Shown here in pieces: positions 47,911-59,000 of a DNA stretch of 64,000 nucleotides. Both the position numbers and the translations under genes were made by a program. Where the stretch lies: contig JBMYOQ010000017.1 of the NCBI GenBank assembly GCA_049599475.1, positions 1 through 64,000 of the forward strand, in the 5' to 3' direction. How positions within the stretch are numbered: position 1 is the first letter of the stretch; each line of letters starts with the position of its first letter. Origin of the DNA: Opitutales bacterium. Lineage in GTDB: Bacteria; Verrucomicrobiota; Verrucomicrobiia; Opitutales; JABSRG01. The notes under the pieces were generated by a model. The model was not told the origin of the DNA and ran no database searches. It saw only the letters and a list, made by a program, of their open reading frames with translations.

Positions 47911-47982
47911 AACATAAAGCCACGATCCGCCAGCTCCTTGGCAAGGTAAACACCCCACTACCCGAAACCGTGCTTCGCTGGT

Positions 47983-49314
47983 ATGATCCTCGATATGCAT
48001 ACCCCCGCTGCTATCCCTGAGCGCTCCCACTGGATGCGCGCCTCACTGTCCTACTTACTCCTCGCCAGTATCTCGCTTTCAAAGCTACAGGGATCTTTTG
48101 ATTCCTACGAAGGCCTCATCATGACGGGCTACCAAGGCTGGTTTAATACACCCGATGATGGGGCCAACAAGAAGTGGGCGCATTATTCCAGAAAGGGGAA
48201 ATTTCAACCCGGCCAATGCTCCATCGACTTCTGGCCAGATGTCTCGGAATACACGGTGACTTACGCAACCGACTTTCGATTCGAAGACGGCTCTGCAGCG
48301 CACGTCTTCAGCTCCTACGATCCGTCCACCGTAGATCTTCACTTCAAATGGATGCGCGACTATGGCATCGACGGCGCCTTTACCCAACGATTCATCCACA
48401 GCCTCGACCAACCGAAAATCGAGAACCACTACGATGCCGTCTTCGATTCAGCGATCACCGCAGCCGAAAAATACGGGCGTGCCATCAGCATACGCTATGA
48501 TCTGACAAGTATGCAGCCCGGGTTCTCGAAAGTACTGCTCAACGACCTGGACGAGCTCAATGCCAAGCACAACTTTTTCGACCGCGTGGAAAGCCCGACT
48601 TTCCTCTACCACGCGGGCAAACCCATAATCGCATTCGGAGGAATCGGATTCGCGGAAGACTCTGCGGGCGACGACGTCGGTTATCTAAACGAAGCGAGCA
48701 TCATTATATCCGAACTCCGAAAACGGGGCTACAGCCTAATGATGCGCGTACCCGCCCAATGGCACACTCAACGCGGCGGCCAGGCTCTGGAGACGCCCGA
48801 ACTCCGTGATCAATTCCTCAATATTTGCAAGTCCGTGGACATCATCATGCCCTGGCACGTGGGAGCTTATCGCGAGGATAGCTACGTGAGTGGCCGCTGG
48901 GAAAAAAGAATACGCGAAGAGATTGCTTGGTGTGAGGCACGCGGCATCGACTACGTCCCGGTGGTCTATCCCGGATTCTCCCGCGCCAATCTCAAGGGGG
49001 GTGAAGACGGCTCCTATCGTCCGCGCAACGGAGGTTCATTTTTCTGGCTTCAGGCAGCCTCAGCGATCGATGCCAATGCTAAGATGATCTTCTTGGCACA
49101 ATTCGACGAGATGGACGAGGGAACGCAGATTTTCAAAGCGTCGAAACGCGTCCCTGTCGGCGACAGCCCATTTATAAGATACGATGATTCTCTAGAGACA
49201 GACCACTATCTCTGGCTCAGTGGAAAAATAGGAGAAATGCTTAGAAATGACCTCCCGTTCTCGCGCAAATTGCCGGCTCGGATTCTCGATACTTCAAAAG
49301 ACTCAGAAATGTAA
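47983..49314 (+). CDS. glycoside hydrolase family 71/99-like protein
   Basis: GYQGWF, HFKWMRDYGIDG, PVVYPGFS, FDEMDEGT; start uncertain. Confidence 0.8.
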   Translation: MILDMHTPAAIPERSHWMRASLSYLLLASISLSKLQGSFDSYEGLIMTGYQGWFNTPDDGANKKWAHYSRKGKFQPGQCSIDFWPDVSEYTVTYATDFRFEDGSAAHVFSSYDPSTVDLHFKWMRDYGIDGAFTQRFIHSLDQPKIENHYDAVFDSAITAAEKYGRAISIRYDLTSMQPGFSKVLLNDLDELNAKHNFFDRVESPTFLYHAGKPIIAFGGIGFAEDSAGDDVGYLNEASIIISELRKRGYSLMMRVPAQWHTQRGGQALETPELRDQFLNICKSVDIIMPWHVGAYREDSYVSGRWEKRIREEIAWCEARGIDYVPVVYPGFSRANLKGGEDGSYRPRNGGSFFWLQAASAIDANAKMIFLAQFDEMDEGTQIFKASKRVPVGDSPFIRYDDSLETDHYLWLSGKIGEMLRNDLPFSRKLPARILDTSKDSEM

Positions 49315-49371
49315 CGAAGAATAGGCAAAGGTCGGTTTGACAATTGCTACATGGCGTTCAGACCTACCGAC

Positions 49372-50607
49372 ATGCGCAAGTTTCTCGTTTCAATCTTCTC
49401 CGCCGCACTCTGTTCACTCGGATCCAGTCCACTGTATTCTGCAGAGCCCAATCAATATCTCACCGCTCCCGGTTACGACTTCTCTAATCTAGATAGCGAG
49501 CTGCGACGCGGCATTGATCAGGACATCGTTCCCGGAGTTTCTCTGCTGCTCCTCCATGAGGGGAAACCTGTTTTCGCAGCGGCCTATGGATACAGCAATA
49601 TCGCAGAGGAGACGCCCTTTCTCCTCTCGACCGTGGCCAATATTTTTTCATCGAGCAAATGGGTGAATGGCGTAGCTCTCGCCGCGGGTGCTGAAGATGG
49701 GCTATATGATCTGAGTGACACAGCTGGCCAGTTCATCCCGACCTACGCAAACATGAGCGTAACAGGGAGCACCGAACTCACCTCTCCCACGCTCTCACAA
49801 CTGTTCTCACACAGTTCAGGGATGGTGCCCGATTCTCCGCCCACATACGACGAGAGCATCACCCTCCAACAGGCAGTGAACCAGCTTGCTCCCATTGTGA
49901 ACCCCCTTCAGGTCGCACCGGGGGTGCGCGCAAATTACGGATCGAATTCGATGGCCGTAGCCGGAGCTGTGATCGAACGTCAAACACGCAAACCCTACGA
50001 AACCTTCCTGGGAGAGCGCCTCTTGATCCCGTTGGAGATGTATAATACGTCCTTCAATCCCAACGCCGAAGAAGTGGCTCGGATGGGCCCCGTTTACATC
50101 AAACTCCTCGGCCGCTGGACACCTTTCATCGCACCTCCAGACCCGACTACACAAAACCTCAATCCCGTCCTCGCAGCCGGCCTCTACTCCACGCTCGAAG
50201 ATTACGCACGGTTCCTCCTGATGTTCCGCAATCAGGGAAGTTACTTTGGCGAACAAATCCTCAGCCCCGAGTCTATCGAAACAGTCCGCACGAATCAAAT
50301 TGGCGACATTCCCTTCGTCGGAATCGTTCAACCGGGTGCAGGCACGCGCTACGGCCTGGGCTGCTTCCTCGAACAAGTAGATGAAGCTGGGGTAGCTTCC
50401 TTCGTATCCAGCGCAGGTTTTGCGGGGACTTACCCCTGGTACGATGAAGTGAACGATCTGGCCGGAGTATTCTTTATCCAAGTTGCCCTCTCGGCGGGAA
50501 CAGACAGCTTCACCGAAGACATCGTGGAGGCTGCCACACTCGCGGTAAACGGAGGAGATCTCAGGTCTCTACCAGAGCTCAATGTAGGCGCTCAGATCGA
50601 AAAGTGA
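49372..50607 (+). CDS. serine hydrolase (beta-lactamase class C-like family), secreted
   Basis: Signal peptide; SSSK (SxxK), LFSHSSG, YGS, GLYST. Confidence 0.88.
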   Translation: MRKFLVSIFSAALCSLGSSPLYSAEPNQYLTAPGYDFSNLDSELRRGIDQDIVPGVSLLLLHEGKPVFAAAYGYSNIAEETPFLLSTVANIFSSSKWVNGVALAAGAEDGLYDLSDTAGQFIPTYANMSVTGSTELTSPTLSQLFSHSSGMVPDSPPTYDESITLQQAVNQLAPIVNPLQVAPGVRANYGSNSMAVAGAVIERQTRKPYETFLGERLLIPLEMYNTSFNPNAEEVARMGPVYIKLLGRWTPFIAPPDPTTQNLNPVLAAGLYSTLEDYARFLLMFRNQGSYFGEQILSPESIETVRTNQIGDIPFVGIVQPGAGTRYGLGCFLEQVDEAGVASFVSSAGFAGTYPWYDEVNDLAGVFFIQVALSAGTDSFTEDIVEAATLAVNGGDLRSLPELNVGAQIEK

Positions 50608-50623
50608 TGACGCCATCCACACT

Positions 50624-51067
50624 GTGGAAATCGTAGTCGCCAATGAGACACATCGCGATGTCTGGCTGAGCTTGAGAAAAGCTCTGTGGCCCGACTGCCC
50701 GGAATCGCGCCACAAGATTGAGATTGAGCACACCCTGAAAAGCGCGGGCCTCGTAGCCCTGGCAATGAAGGGTGCACAAGCCATAGGCTTTGCCGAAGTG
50801 TCCATCCGAGTCGATCATGTGGAAGGCGCCGGAGACAGCCCGATTCCATACCTCGAAGGCTGGTATGTATCACCCGAGTACCGGGGCCAGGGCATCGGGC
50901 GGGCCCTCGTAACATTTGCCGAAAACTGGGCGAGCGACCAAGGATACACCGAGATGGCCAGCGATGCGGAGTGCGACAACACGCTAAGCATTCAAATCCA
51001 CAAAACGCTTGGATTTCGCGAAGTTGGGCGAAGCGTCCATTTTATCCGCAGCCTCCCAAAAAATTAG
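50624..51067 (+). CDS. aminoglycoside 6'-N-acetyltransferase-like GNAT
   Basis: LRKALWP, GFAEVSIRVDHVEG...YLEGWYV, RGQGIG, EMASDA, HKTLGF. Confidence 0.85.
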   Translation: MEIVVANETHRDVWLSLRKALWPDCPESRHKIEIEHTLKSAGLVALAMKGAQAIGFAEVSIRVDHVEGAGDSPIPYLEGWYVSPEYRGQGIGRALVTFAENWASDQGYTEMASDAECDNTLSIQIHKTLGFREVGRSVHFIRSLPKN

Positions 51068-51069
51068 GC

Positions 51070-51108
51070 AAAAAAGAAGCCGAAGAGACCTGCGCGATCT
51101 CCTCGGCT
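51070..51108 (-). terminator. minus-strand intrinsic terminator with no annotated minus-strand gene upstream
   Basis: Minus strand AGCCGAGGAGA-loop-TCTCTTCGGCT then TCTTTTTT; the stem is complete only on the minus strand (G-U pair). Confidence 0.55.
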
Positions 51109-51350
51109 ATTGATCAACCACGATCCGCGAATACAGAGGACCTGTACTCTAAAGCATGTGGCTTATTTCGCACTCAGACGCTGATAAGCGACGAGTCCTT
51201 GATTCGGTTCACGTGGTTGAGTGACTTGCCCTATAAGTCGTAAACGAGTCACTGATTCTGTAGAAAAATCGAGAAATTTTCTATTTCTCCCTCCTATACT
51301 TTGATCAGGTAGACTTGACGATAATGCGATTTCCTCATTGAAGCATCCCC

Positions 51351-52385
51351 ATGCGTTTGCCGTCCCTCCTTCTTTGCCTAGCCGGAATCCAACTGCTTAG
51401 TTTCGCTCGAGCAGAACAGACCCTGCCTGAACTTTTCGACAGGCTGAACCCTACAGTCGTCACCATCTACACGCAAAAGTCTGTACCCGCCCCATTTGGC
51501 CAGGGATTTGAGACAAAGGAACAGGGCCTAGGATCTGGCGTTATCATTGCGGATACGGGAAAAATTTTGACAGCTTCTCACGTCGTCTATGATGCCGACG
51601 ACATCGAAGTAGAACTCCTCAACGGCCAACGGGTGAAAGCGTATATCGTGGCAGCATCGCGACTAGCCGACGTCGCCTTGATACAACTCATGGGAAACGT
51701 GCAGGGCCTGCCCCACGCGCCCCTGGGAGATTCTGATCAAGCAAGAATCGGGGAGTCGATTTTCGTAATTGGGGCACCCTATGGCCTGGAACATAGTCTG
51801 ACCCGGGGAATCATTAGCCAGAAAACACGGCAGGAAACGAAAATATCCGGGCTCATATCCCCTGAATTCATTCAGACTGATGCCGCCATTAACAAAGGCA
51901 ATTCCGGGGGACCCATGTTTAACAATGATGGCGAAGTCATTGGAATCGTCAGCCATATCCGAAGCCAATCTGGAGGCAACGAGGGGCTCGGTTTCGCTGT
52001 CTCGATCAAGACGACCAGTGCACTCGTGATCGAGAGCCGCAATTTCTACAGCGGCATTGATTTTCAAGTCCTCAGCGGCCCGCTCGCCGATGCATTCAAC
52101 CTTGGGCAACCCATGGGGCTCTTGGTGGAGCGGGTTACTCGCGGATCGCCCGCAGCCCGCATAAAGCTCCAAGAGGGACGAATTCCCGTAAAAATTGGCA
52201 ATGAGGAATTACTGATCGGCGGCGACGTGATTGTCGAAATGCAAGGAATCGTGATCGATTCCACGGATGCGTTCTCAAAAATTCTTCAAACAATCAACGA
52301 ATTACAAACAGGCGATCGGTTCTCACTCACCGTGCTTCGGGCCGGCAAACGCATCGAGCTTGGGGCCACATTCTTCGAGAAATGA
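51351..52385 (+). CDS. HtrA/DegP-like trypsin serine protease with one PDZ domain
   Basis: GLGSGVII, LTASHVV, DVAL, QTDAAINKGNSGGP. Confidence 0.95.
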   Translation: MRLPSLLLCLAGIQLLSFARAEQTLPELFDRLNPTVVTIYTQKSVPAPFGQGFETKEQGLGSGVIIADTGKILTASHVVYDADDIEVELLNGQRVKAYIVAASRLADVALIQLMGNVQGLPHAPLGDSDQARIGESIFVIGAPYGLEHSLTRGIISQKTRQETKISGLISPEFIQTDAAINKGNSGGPMFNNDGEVIGIVSHIRSQSGGNEGLGFAVSIKTTSALVIESRNFYSGIDFQVLSGPLADAFNLGQPMGLLVERVTRGSPAARIKLQEGRIPVKIGNEELLIGGDVIVEMQGIVIDSTDAFSKILQTINELQTGDRFSLTVLRAGKRIELGATFFEK

Positions 52386-52530
52386 TTTCACGGAAATTTG
52401 GATGTATTTTCCTCGATGACTCAAACAACCGGGCCTAAGGATTCTTGCTTCCTACACTTAAGTCAGGCCATAGCGTCACTCAACTCAGGTTTCCAAGTTA
52501 AAATCGTGCGGCATCGTATTTTAAGTTGAA

Positions 52531-54927
52531 ATGCCATGGCGCATGCTGCACTCCAAAACCGTGAAGGACCTCTTATTATCCTTTTTCTCCCGCAGTCTAT
52601 CACCGCGCGCGAGCATCCTCCTCATGTTCATTGGAGTGGTCCAATCAACATGCTTCGGCTATTCCGTGGCGGTAGTTCGCGATGGACCTTCAACATATTT
52701 TGATGAACTTCACCGCATTTTTGAGATAGAGATCAAACTACTCAACAGCGGCAAAACGGAGCCCGTTCTTAAAGAGATTGAGGCCACACCCTATGATATC
52801 GAATCCATTCGAGAGGCCCTCAGCACTGCCCTCAGTTCCGATGAATACGACGCCGTTTACACTTGCGGCATCATAGCTACAGAACTTGCGCAGGAGATCG
52901 CCAGAACTGATGGCAAACTGCTTAAACCCGTAATCGCTGGCTCCTTGCAATTGAATGAAATCGAGACCGATCTAGTCTCCCAGCAAGGCACCTCGGAGAT
53001 CGAAAACTATTCCCTCATAGTAACACCTAAACGAGTGTCCACCGATCTAGAGCGTCTATCAGGTATAACCGGCCATGCGGAAATCCAAGTTGTTATCGAC
53101 GAAATCTACATTAAAGCACTTGAATCGCGCATTCAAAAAGGTGAACAACAGTTTGCAGACACAATCGGAGTCTCTGTCCAACTGGTACCAGCTAGTGCAA
53201 ATGTAGAGGAGACGCTCTCCAGAATTTCTGCTGAAAGTAGTGCCGTCTATGTATCGATTCTCGATCGATTTGATGATGATTACCTCTCCTCTCTGTATGA
53301 AGGCCTCAAGGACCGCAGACTACCGAGCATGGCCATGAGAGGTCGCCAAGATGTTGAGAAAGGAGCCCTACTCAGCCTAGCTCAATTTAATCTAAATCAA
53401 ATTGCACGCCGCGCGGCCCTCAATCTACACCTGATGATAAGCGGCACGCCTGCATCTCGTTTACCGGTCTACCTACCATCCCAAGATCGGCTCTTTTTAA
53501 ACATGGAAACAGCGAGGGCCATTAACTGGGCTCCCAACTACGATACCGTTCTCGCCGCCGAAACGATCAATGCCGGAAGGTCGACAGCCGAAGCACCGAT
53601 AACGATCGAAAAGGCCATGCAGCGAGCAAGAGCCAACAATGTAAACGTCGATATCGCCGTCCGCACAGTTGATATATCTGAGTCGAATGTAGACATAGCA
53701 CGCAGTAGTCTTCTCCCGCAAGTGAGTGGCTCTGGTTCGGCGAACGAAAATCGCTTCTATGGACAACCCAGCTCTTCGATCGATTCTTCCAGTTCGGCCT
53801 CACTGGGCATACAGCTCCGCCAAATTCTCTTCAACGAAGAGGTCTGGAGCGGAATTCGTATTCAGAAGGATCTCCTCGCGGCTTCGAAAATGGACTTGCT
53901 CTCCACCGAATTAGATACGCTGGGCCTCGCGGCATCTGCATATCTTTCATGCCTATCAGCAGAGGCCCTTTACAATATAGAACGCGAGAATCTCAACCTC
54001 ACCTACAACAACGTGCAATTAGCTCGATTGCGCGTCGAAATCGGAGCAGCACAAGCCTCCGAACTGTTTCGCTGGGAACAGCAACTTGCCCGGGGGAAAG
54101 CAGTCCTGATTCAACGCGAGTCCGCACGCCTCAATGCTATTGTTCAATTCAATCGCGTTTTAGGTATGCCCCAGACCAGCACATGGTCCTTCGTCGACAT
54201 TGAGGTGGGTGACGATGAGCTCTACTTCCTCAACAAAAGCCTGTCTCCACTCATCAACAACACTCGTGACTTTGAGAACTTCGTCTACTTCGCGGTAAGC
54301 AAAGCAATTCAAAATTCTCCAGAGCTAGGAGCCTTCGACCTTCAACTCCAAGTCCAAGGGATCCAGCTCAGAAGCCTGAAGCGCGACTTCTACCTACCTG
54401 AAGTCTCCCTAAGCGGTCAATTTGGGCGAAACTACAGCAAGAATAACGTGAGCGATTGGAGCGGACAGAACCAAGCCTCGCTGGGCATGCAGGTGACTAT
54501 TCCAATATTCGAAGGAGGTGGGCGCTTCGATCAAATACGCCAACAGCGCGACACTATAGCGCGACTCGAGTCACAGCGCTTGGCGACCGTTCAAAGCCTC
54601 GAAGAATCGACTCTATCAGCCACCAATGCCATCCGTTCCGGACATCCAAATATCCGCTTGAATCGCGAGGCCCTGAAGGCAGCTCAGTCAAATTATGACT
54701 CGGTCAACGTTCGCTATGCACAGGGCGACACATCCTATCTCGATATTCTTGATGCACAGCAGGCATTGCTTTCACAAAAACAATCCCTTGCCACCGCCAC
54801 CTACGATTATCTCGCGGCCATTTACAGGCTTCAGCGTTCTATGGCCTGGTTCGAATACGACAAATCAGAATCCGAACGATCGAACTGGATTCAAGAGTTT
54901 CAGAATTTTAAAACCACCCAACCTTGA
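52531..54927 (+). CDS. TolC family outer-membrane factor fused to an N-terminal periplasmic binding-protein-like domain
   Basis: C-terminal OEP repeats (ARSSLLPQVS, FYLPEVSL, YAQGDTSYLDILDAQ); N-terminal ~340 aa ending LFLNMETARAI resembles ABC substrate-binding proteins; start uncertain. Confidence 0.85.
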   Translation: MPWRMLHSKTVKDLLLSFFSRSLSPRASILLMFIGVVQSTCFGYSVAVVRDGPSTYFDELHRIFEIEIKLLNSGKTEPVLKEIEATPYDIESIREALSTALSSDEYDAVYTCGIIATELAQEIARTDGKLLKPVIAGSLQLNEIETDLVSQQGTSEIENYSLIVTPKRVSTDLERLSGITGHAEIQVVIDEIYIKALESRIQKGEQQFADTIGVSVQLVPASANVEETLSRISAESSAVYVSILDRFDDDYLSSLYEGLKDRRLPSMAMRGRQDVEKGALLSLAQFNLNQIARRAALNLHLMISGTPASRLPVYLPSQDRLFLNMETARAINWAPNYDTVLAAETINAGRSTAEAPITIEKAMQRARANNVNVDIAVRTVDISESNVDIARSSLLPQVSGSGSANENRFYGQPSSSIDSSSSASLGIQLRQILFNEEVWSGIRIQKDLLAASKMDLLSTELDTLGLAASAYLSCLSAEALYNIERENLNLTYNNVQLARLRVEIGAAQASELFRWEQQLARGKAVLIQRESARLNAIVQFNRVLGMPQTSTWSFVDIEVGDDELYFLNKSLSPLINNTRDFENFVYFAVSKAIQNSPELGAFDLQLQVQGIQLRSLKRDFYLPEVSLSGQFGRNYSKNNVSDWSGQNQASLGMQVTIPIFEGGGRFDQIRQQRDTIARLESQRLATVQSLEESTLSATNAIRSGHPNIRLNREALKAAQSNYDSVNVRYAQGDTSYLDILDAQQALLSQKQSLATATYDYLAAIYRLQRSMAWFEYDKSESERSNWIQEFQNFKTTQP

Positions 54928-55982
54928 GGACAATTTCTATGCGGCTCGTCACCCTAGCTCTCTCAATTCTCCTAAGCACATTCAGCGGATGTAGCAAACC
55001 TGAGATCGTCGAAAGCAAACCACGCCCGGTGGTGTCGATGACTGTCGGCGACCCGGTCGATCAGAGCCAGCGCAGCTTTTCGGGACAGGTCATCGCAGGC
55101 GACTCCGCAAACCTCGCCTTCGAAGTGTCAGGTCGCATCGAGACCATGAATGCTCAACTTGGGAAACCCGCGAAGCGGGGTGACATCTTGGCTTCAATTG
55201 ACAAATCTGATTACGAAACACGCCTCTCTGACGCCAGCGCATCGCTCGAGCAGGCTTCCCAGGAACTCCTACGAGCCCAGCAGCTTTTCGAAACAGGAAA
55301 TGCCAGCCAAAGCCAACTCGAAAGCGCCATACGCACCGAGACGTCGGCGAGAGCCTCTTTCGACCTGGCTCAAAGGCAGCTGCGCAACACTGACCTAATC
55401 ATGCCATTTGATGGTGTCATTAGCAGCGTCGAGCTCGAGTCCCAAGAACTCGCCAGCGCAGGCCAGACCGTAGTGCGCATCCAGAAGAAGGGCATTTTCG
55501 AATTTCACTTTGGTGTTCCGACAGATCTCGTAAACTCGATTCAAAGCGGCTTCGCACTAGAAGTTTCAGTCAACGACGCGGGACCGACTCCCCTGAAGGC
55601 AACTGTCCTAAGAGTCTCGCCTTCCAGTAATTCTGACACCACCTATACAGTCGAATCACGACTGGAGAATTCCCCAGAAACAATCCGTGAAGGAATGGTG
55701 GGAGAAGCCCTTGTGGATCTTACGAATGCACAAGCAGAAGCTTATTTCGAGCTGCCGCTCGCGTCGGTTTTTGGAGGAGGCACCCAGTCGAAGCCCGCCG
55801 TATGGACTTTGAATCCCGGGGCTGATGGCACAGCGACCATCGAGAAAAAGTATGTTGAAACAGGCTTCCTTTTAAGGGATGGGCTCATCGCGATAACATC
55901 CGGTGTCGAGCCCGGAGACATTGTCGTCACCCGAGGGGTCAATGAGATCAAAGAGGGCATGATCGTTCGCTATCTCCAATAA
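54924..55982 (+). CDS. RND efflux periplasmic adaptor subunit (lipoprotein)
   Basis: Lipobox FSGC; LAFEVSGRI, MPFDGVI, GVEPGDIVVTRG. Confidence 0.93.
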   Translation: MRTISMRLVTLALSILLSTFSGCSKPEIVESKPRPVVSMTVGDPVDQSQRSFSGQVIAGDSANLAFEVSGRIETMNAQLGKPAKRGDILASIDKSDYETRLSDASASLEQASQELLRAQQLFETGNASQSQLESAIRTETSARASFDLAQRQLRNTDLIMPFDGVISSVELESQELASAGQTVVRIQKKGIFEFHFGVPTDLVNSIQSGFALEVSVNDAGPTPLKATVLRVSPSSNSDTTYTVESRLENSPETIREGMVGEALVDLTNAQAEAYFELPLASVFGGGTQSKPAVWTLNPGADGTATIEKKYVETGFLLRDGLIAITSGVEPGDIVVTRGVNEIKEGMIVRYLQ

Positions 55983-56001
55983 AATCGACCCCCCTTTCGC
56001 C

Positions 56002-59000
56002 GTGAATCCAACCGCCATCGCTTTAAAGAATAATCGGACGACCCTCGTTATCTATGCGGTCGTCATGCTGGTCGGCCTTGCCACCTACTTCAGTATAGGG
56101 CGGCTAGAGTATCCAGAATTCACGATTCGAAATGCTCAAATCATTACAAGCTATCCGGGGCGCAGTGCCGCAGAAGTCGAACAAGAGATTTCGATGCCCT
56201 TGGAGCAGGCCGTTCGTCAGATTGCAGAAATCGAAGAGGTTATATCGACTTCCAAACCCGGCCTGTCCATCGTCAGCGTTTCAGCGGGAGACCAGTATTT
56301 TGATCTGGCGCCCATTTGGCAGGATGTCCGAAACCAGATAGCAAATGTCCACCTGCCCTCCGGAGCCACCACACCATCAGTCAACGACAAGGTCGGCGAC
56401 GTCTTTCCCTACGTCTACGCGCTCACAGGCGATGGATTCCCAGATCGCGAACTCACCGAATACGCTGAAGATATCAGCGACGATCTGTTAAACCTTGAAG
56501 GCGTAGCAAAGGTCGAAATCCACGGAGAACAGGCTGAGACCATATACCTCGAATTCTCAACCACAGAACTCGCTTCCTACGGATTATCTCCGACAAGCGT
56601 GATCCAGCAACTAAACTCTCAAAACGCTGTGGCAAACAGCGGAAACGTGCTAGCCGGCACGGAGCGTTTAAACCTCGTAACACTCGGCGAGTTTGAAACG
56701 ATCGAAGAACTCGCGGATTATCGCCTGAGCCTACCCGGGAATACAACACAGGTCAGAATTTCGGACCTTTTTGATGTAAAACGTGGATACAAAGACCCGA
56801 TCAGTTCCATCTCTCATTTTAATGGAGAGCGCGTGGTCTGTATCGCAGTTTCCATGACTCCGGGTTTTGCTGTTACTGACGTAGGAGAACGCCTCGGAAT
56901 ATTCTTTGAGAAGTACCTAAATAATTTACCAGTCGGCCTGAACATCGAAACGATGTTTTACCAGCCCAAATACGTGGAGGCTTCGATTCAGAGCTTCGTC
57001 GCAAATCTAGGCCAAGCATTCTTTTTTGTCGTGCTGGTGATGTTTTTATTCGCTGGCCTACGTCTAGCGTTGATCGTCGGCGTCTTGGTGCCATCAGCCA
57101 TCATGATGACATTCGCCTTCATGCCTCAGGCCGGAGTGCAGTTGGAAATGATGTCTATTGCGGCCCTGATTATTGCACTCGGACTTTTGGTCGACAATGC
57201 AGTGGTCGTTTCCGAACAAATCTTGGTTCGGCTGAACCAAGGCCAATCGCGCGCAGAGGCAGTGAAAGCCGCGGGTAAAGGGCTGTTGGTGCCCCTGCTC
57301 GCTGCCAGTGGTACAACCATTGCGGCATTTTCTCCTATTGCGATCGCAGAAGGAGCCACCAGCGAATTCACCTACAGTCTCTTCGCGGTCGTTTCCATCA
57401 CACTGCTTTCGAGTTGGATTATCTCCCTTACAATAATCCCAATCTTCTGTTACTACTTTCTAAAGCCTCAGACAAAGGACACCTTCGTTGGACAGCTCCT
57501 AGCGAAGTCCTACGATCCATACGAGAAACTCTTACGCTTTATCCTAAAACTGGGCTGGGTCTATCCTATCATAATCGTAATGCTGACTTTCGGCGCCGCC
57601 TACGCCTTCAAGTTCGTACCGAGCATCTTCTTCCCGCCAAATGAACGAGGACAATTTATAATAGACGTAGAGCTTCCACTCGGGACTGACATCCTTGAGA
57701 CCGAAAAGAGCGTTCAAGTTCTAGAGGATTGGCTCCTAGCTCAAGAAGACGTTACAGACACCATATCTACATGGATCGGTAACGGTGGTCCAAGGTGGTA
57801 CCTTTCTCTCGCGTCAGAACCAGCAAACCCCAACTACTCCCTGCTATCCATTCTCACGAAGGTTGAAGATCCTGCGACGATTTCCGCTTTCATGGACGAG
57901 ATACGCAGTTTCGCACAGGAGAATATGGTCGGCGCACGCGTAAGCCCGAAAGCTCTCGAAAATGGTCCGCCCGTTGGAGACCCGATCCAGATTCTTCTCA
58001 CCGGCAAAGAGAGCCAAACCATTTATGAACTGCGCGATAAAATCTTCGCTGAGCTAGCAGACATCTCGGGGCTATACGACATGCGAGACAATTGGGGTGC
58101 GTGGGTAAAGCAGGTAAACATCGATCCAGATCCTGTGCGCACCGCGCAACTCGGCCTCACCACCGAATCCTTAGCCCAATATATTAGCCTGGAATACACT
58201 GGACTTACCGCATCGCAGTTTCGTGAGAAGGACAAATCTATCCCCATTACGATTCGCTCTCACGAAGATTACCGCACTCGGCCAGATCGGCTCAAAGACC
58301 TTCCGATTTTCGTAAATCAAGGCACCGTTCCCCTTAGCCAAGTCGCTGACGTTTCCGTAGTGTTCCAGCCAGGATCCATCATCCGCAAAGATGGATTCAG
58401 GGAAATGACCCTCAAAGGTAAAGTAACCGGAGCCTTCGCTTCCGACATACTCGCGGAAATCCAGCCAAGACTGGCCGCATTGATGGAGACACCAGAGTGG
58501 CCAGCAGGCTATGAAATCGCCTACGGGGGCGAACAGGCTGAAAGCGCTGAATCCCAAGGAGGCATTGCTGCAGCTATGCCGATTTCGATGGCCGCCCTAT
58601 CGCTGATCTTGATTGCTCAATTCAACAGTGTCCGGCGCTTTGCCATCATCATGTGCACCATACCCCCCATGCTGATCGGTGTCACCCCGGGGCTCATTAT
58701 TACCGGGTCTTCCTTCGGCTTCATGACACTCCTCGGGCTCATTGCTCTTCTGGGAATTATCGTCAACAACGCCATTCTCTTGATCGATGAGATCAACCTG
58801 CAGCTGGAAGAACAGGAGTCACTAGTAGAAGCCATCGTTACCGCTTGTCGGTCGCGATTGAGACCTATCATCCTAACCACCTGCACGACCATTGTAGGCC
58901 TCGTTCCGCTTGCTCTGGGAGGAGGCGGCATGTGGAGTTCAATGGCCTACGCGATGATGTTCGGTCTTGGGTTTGCGACGGCTCTTACGCTCCTCCTTTG

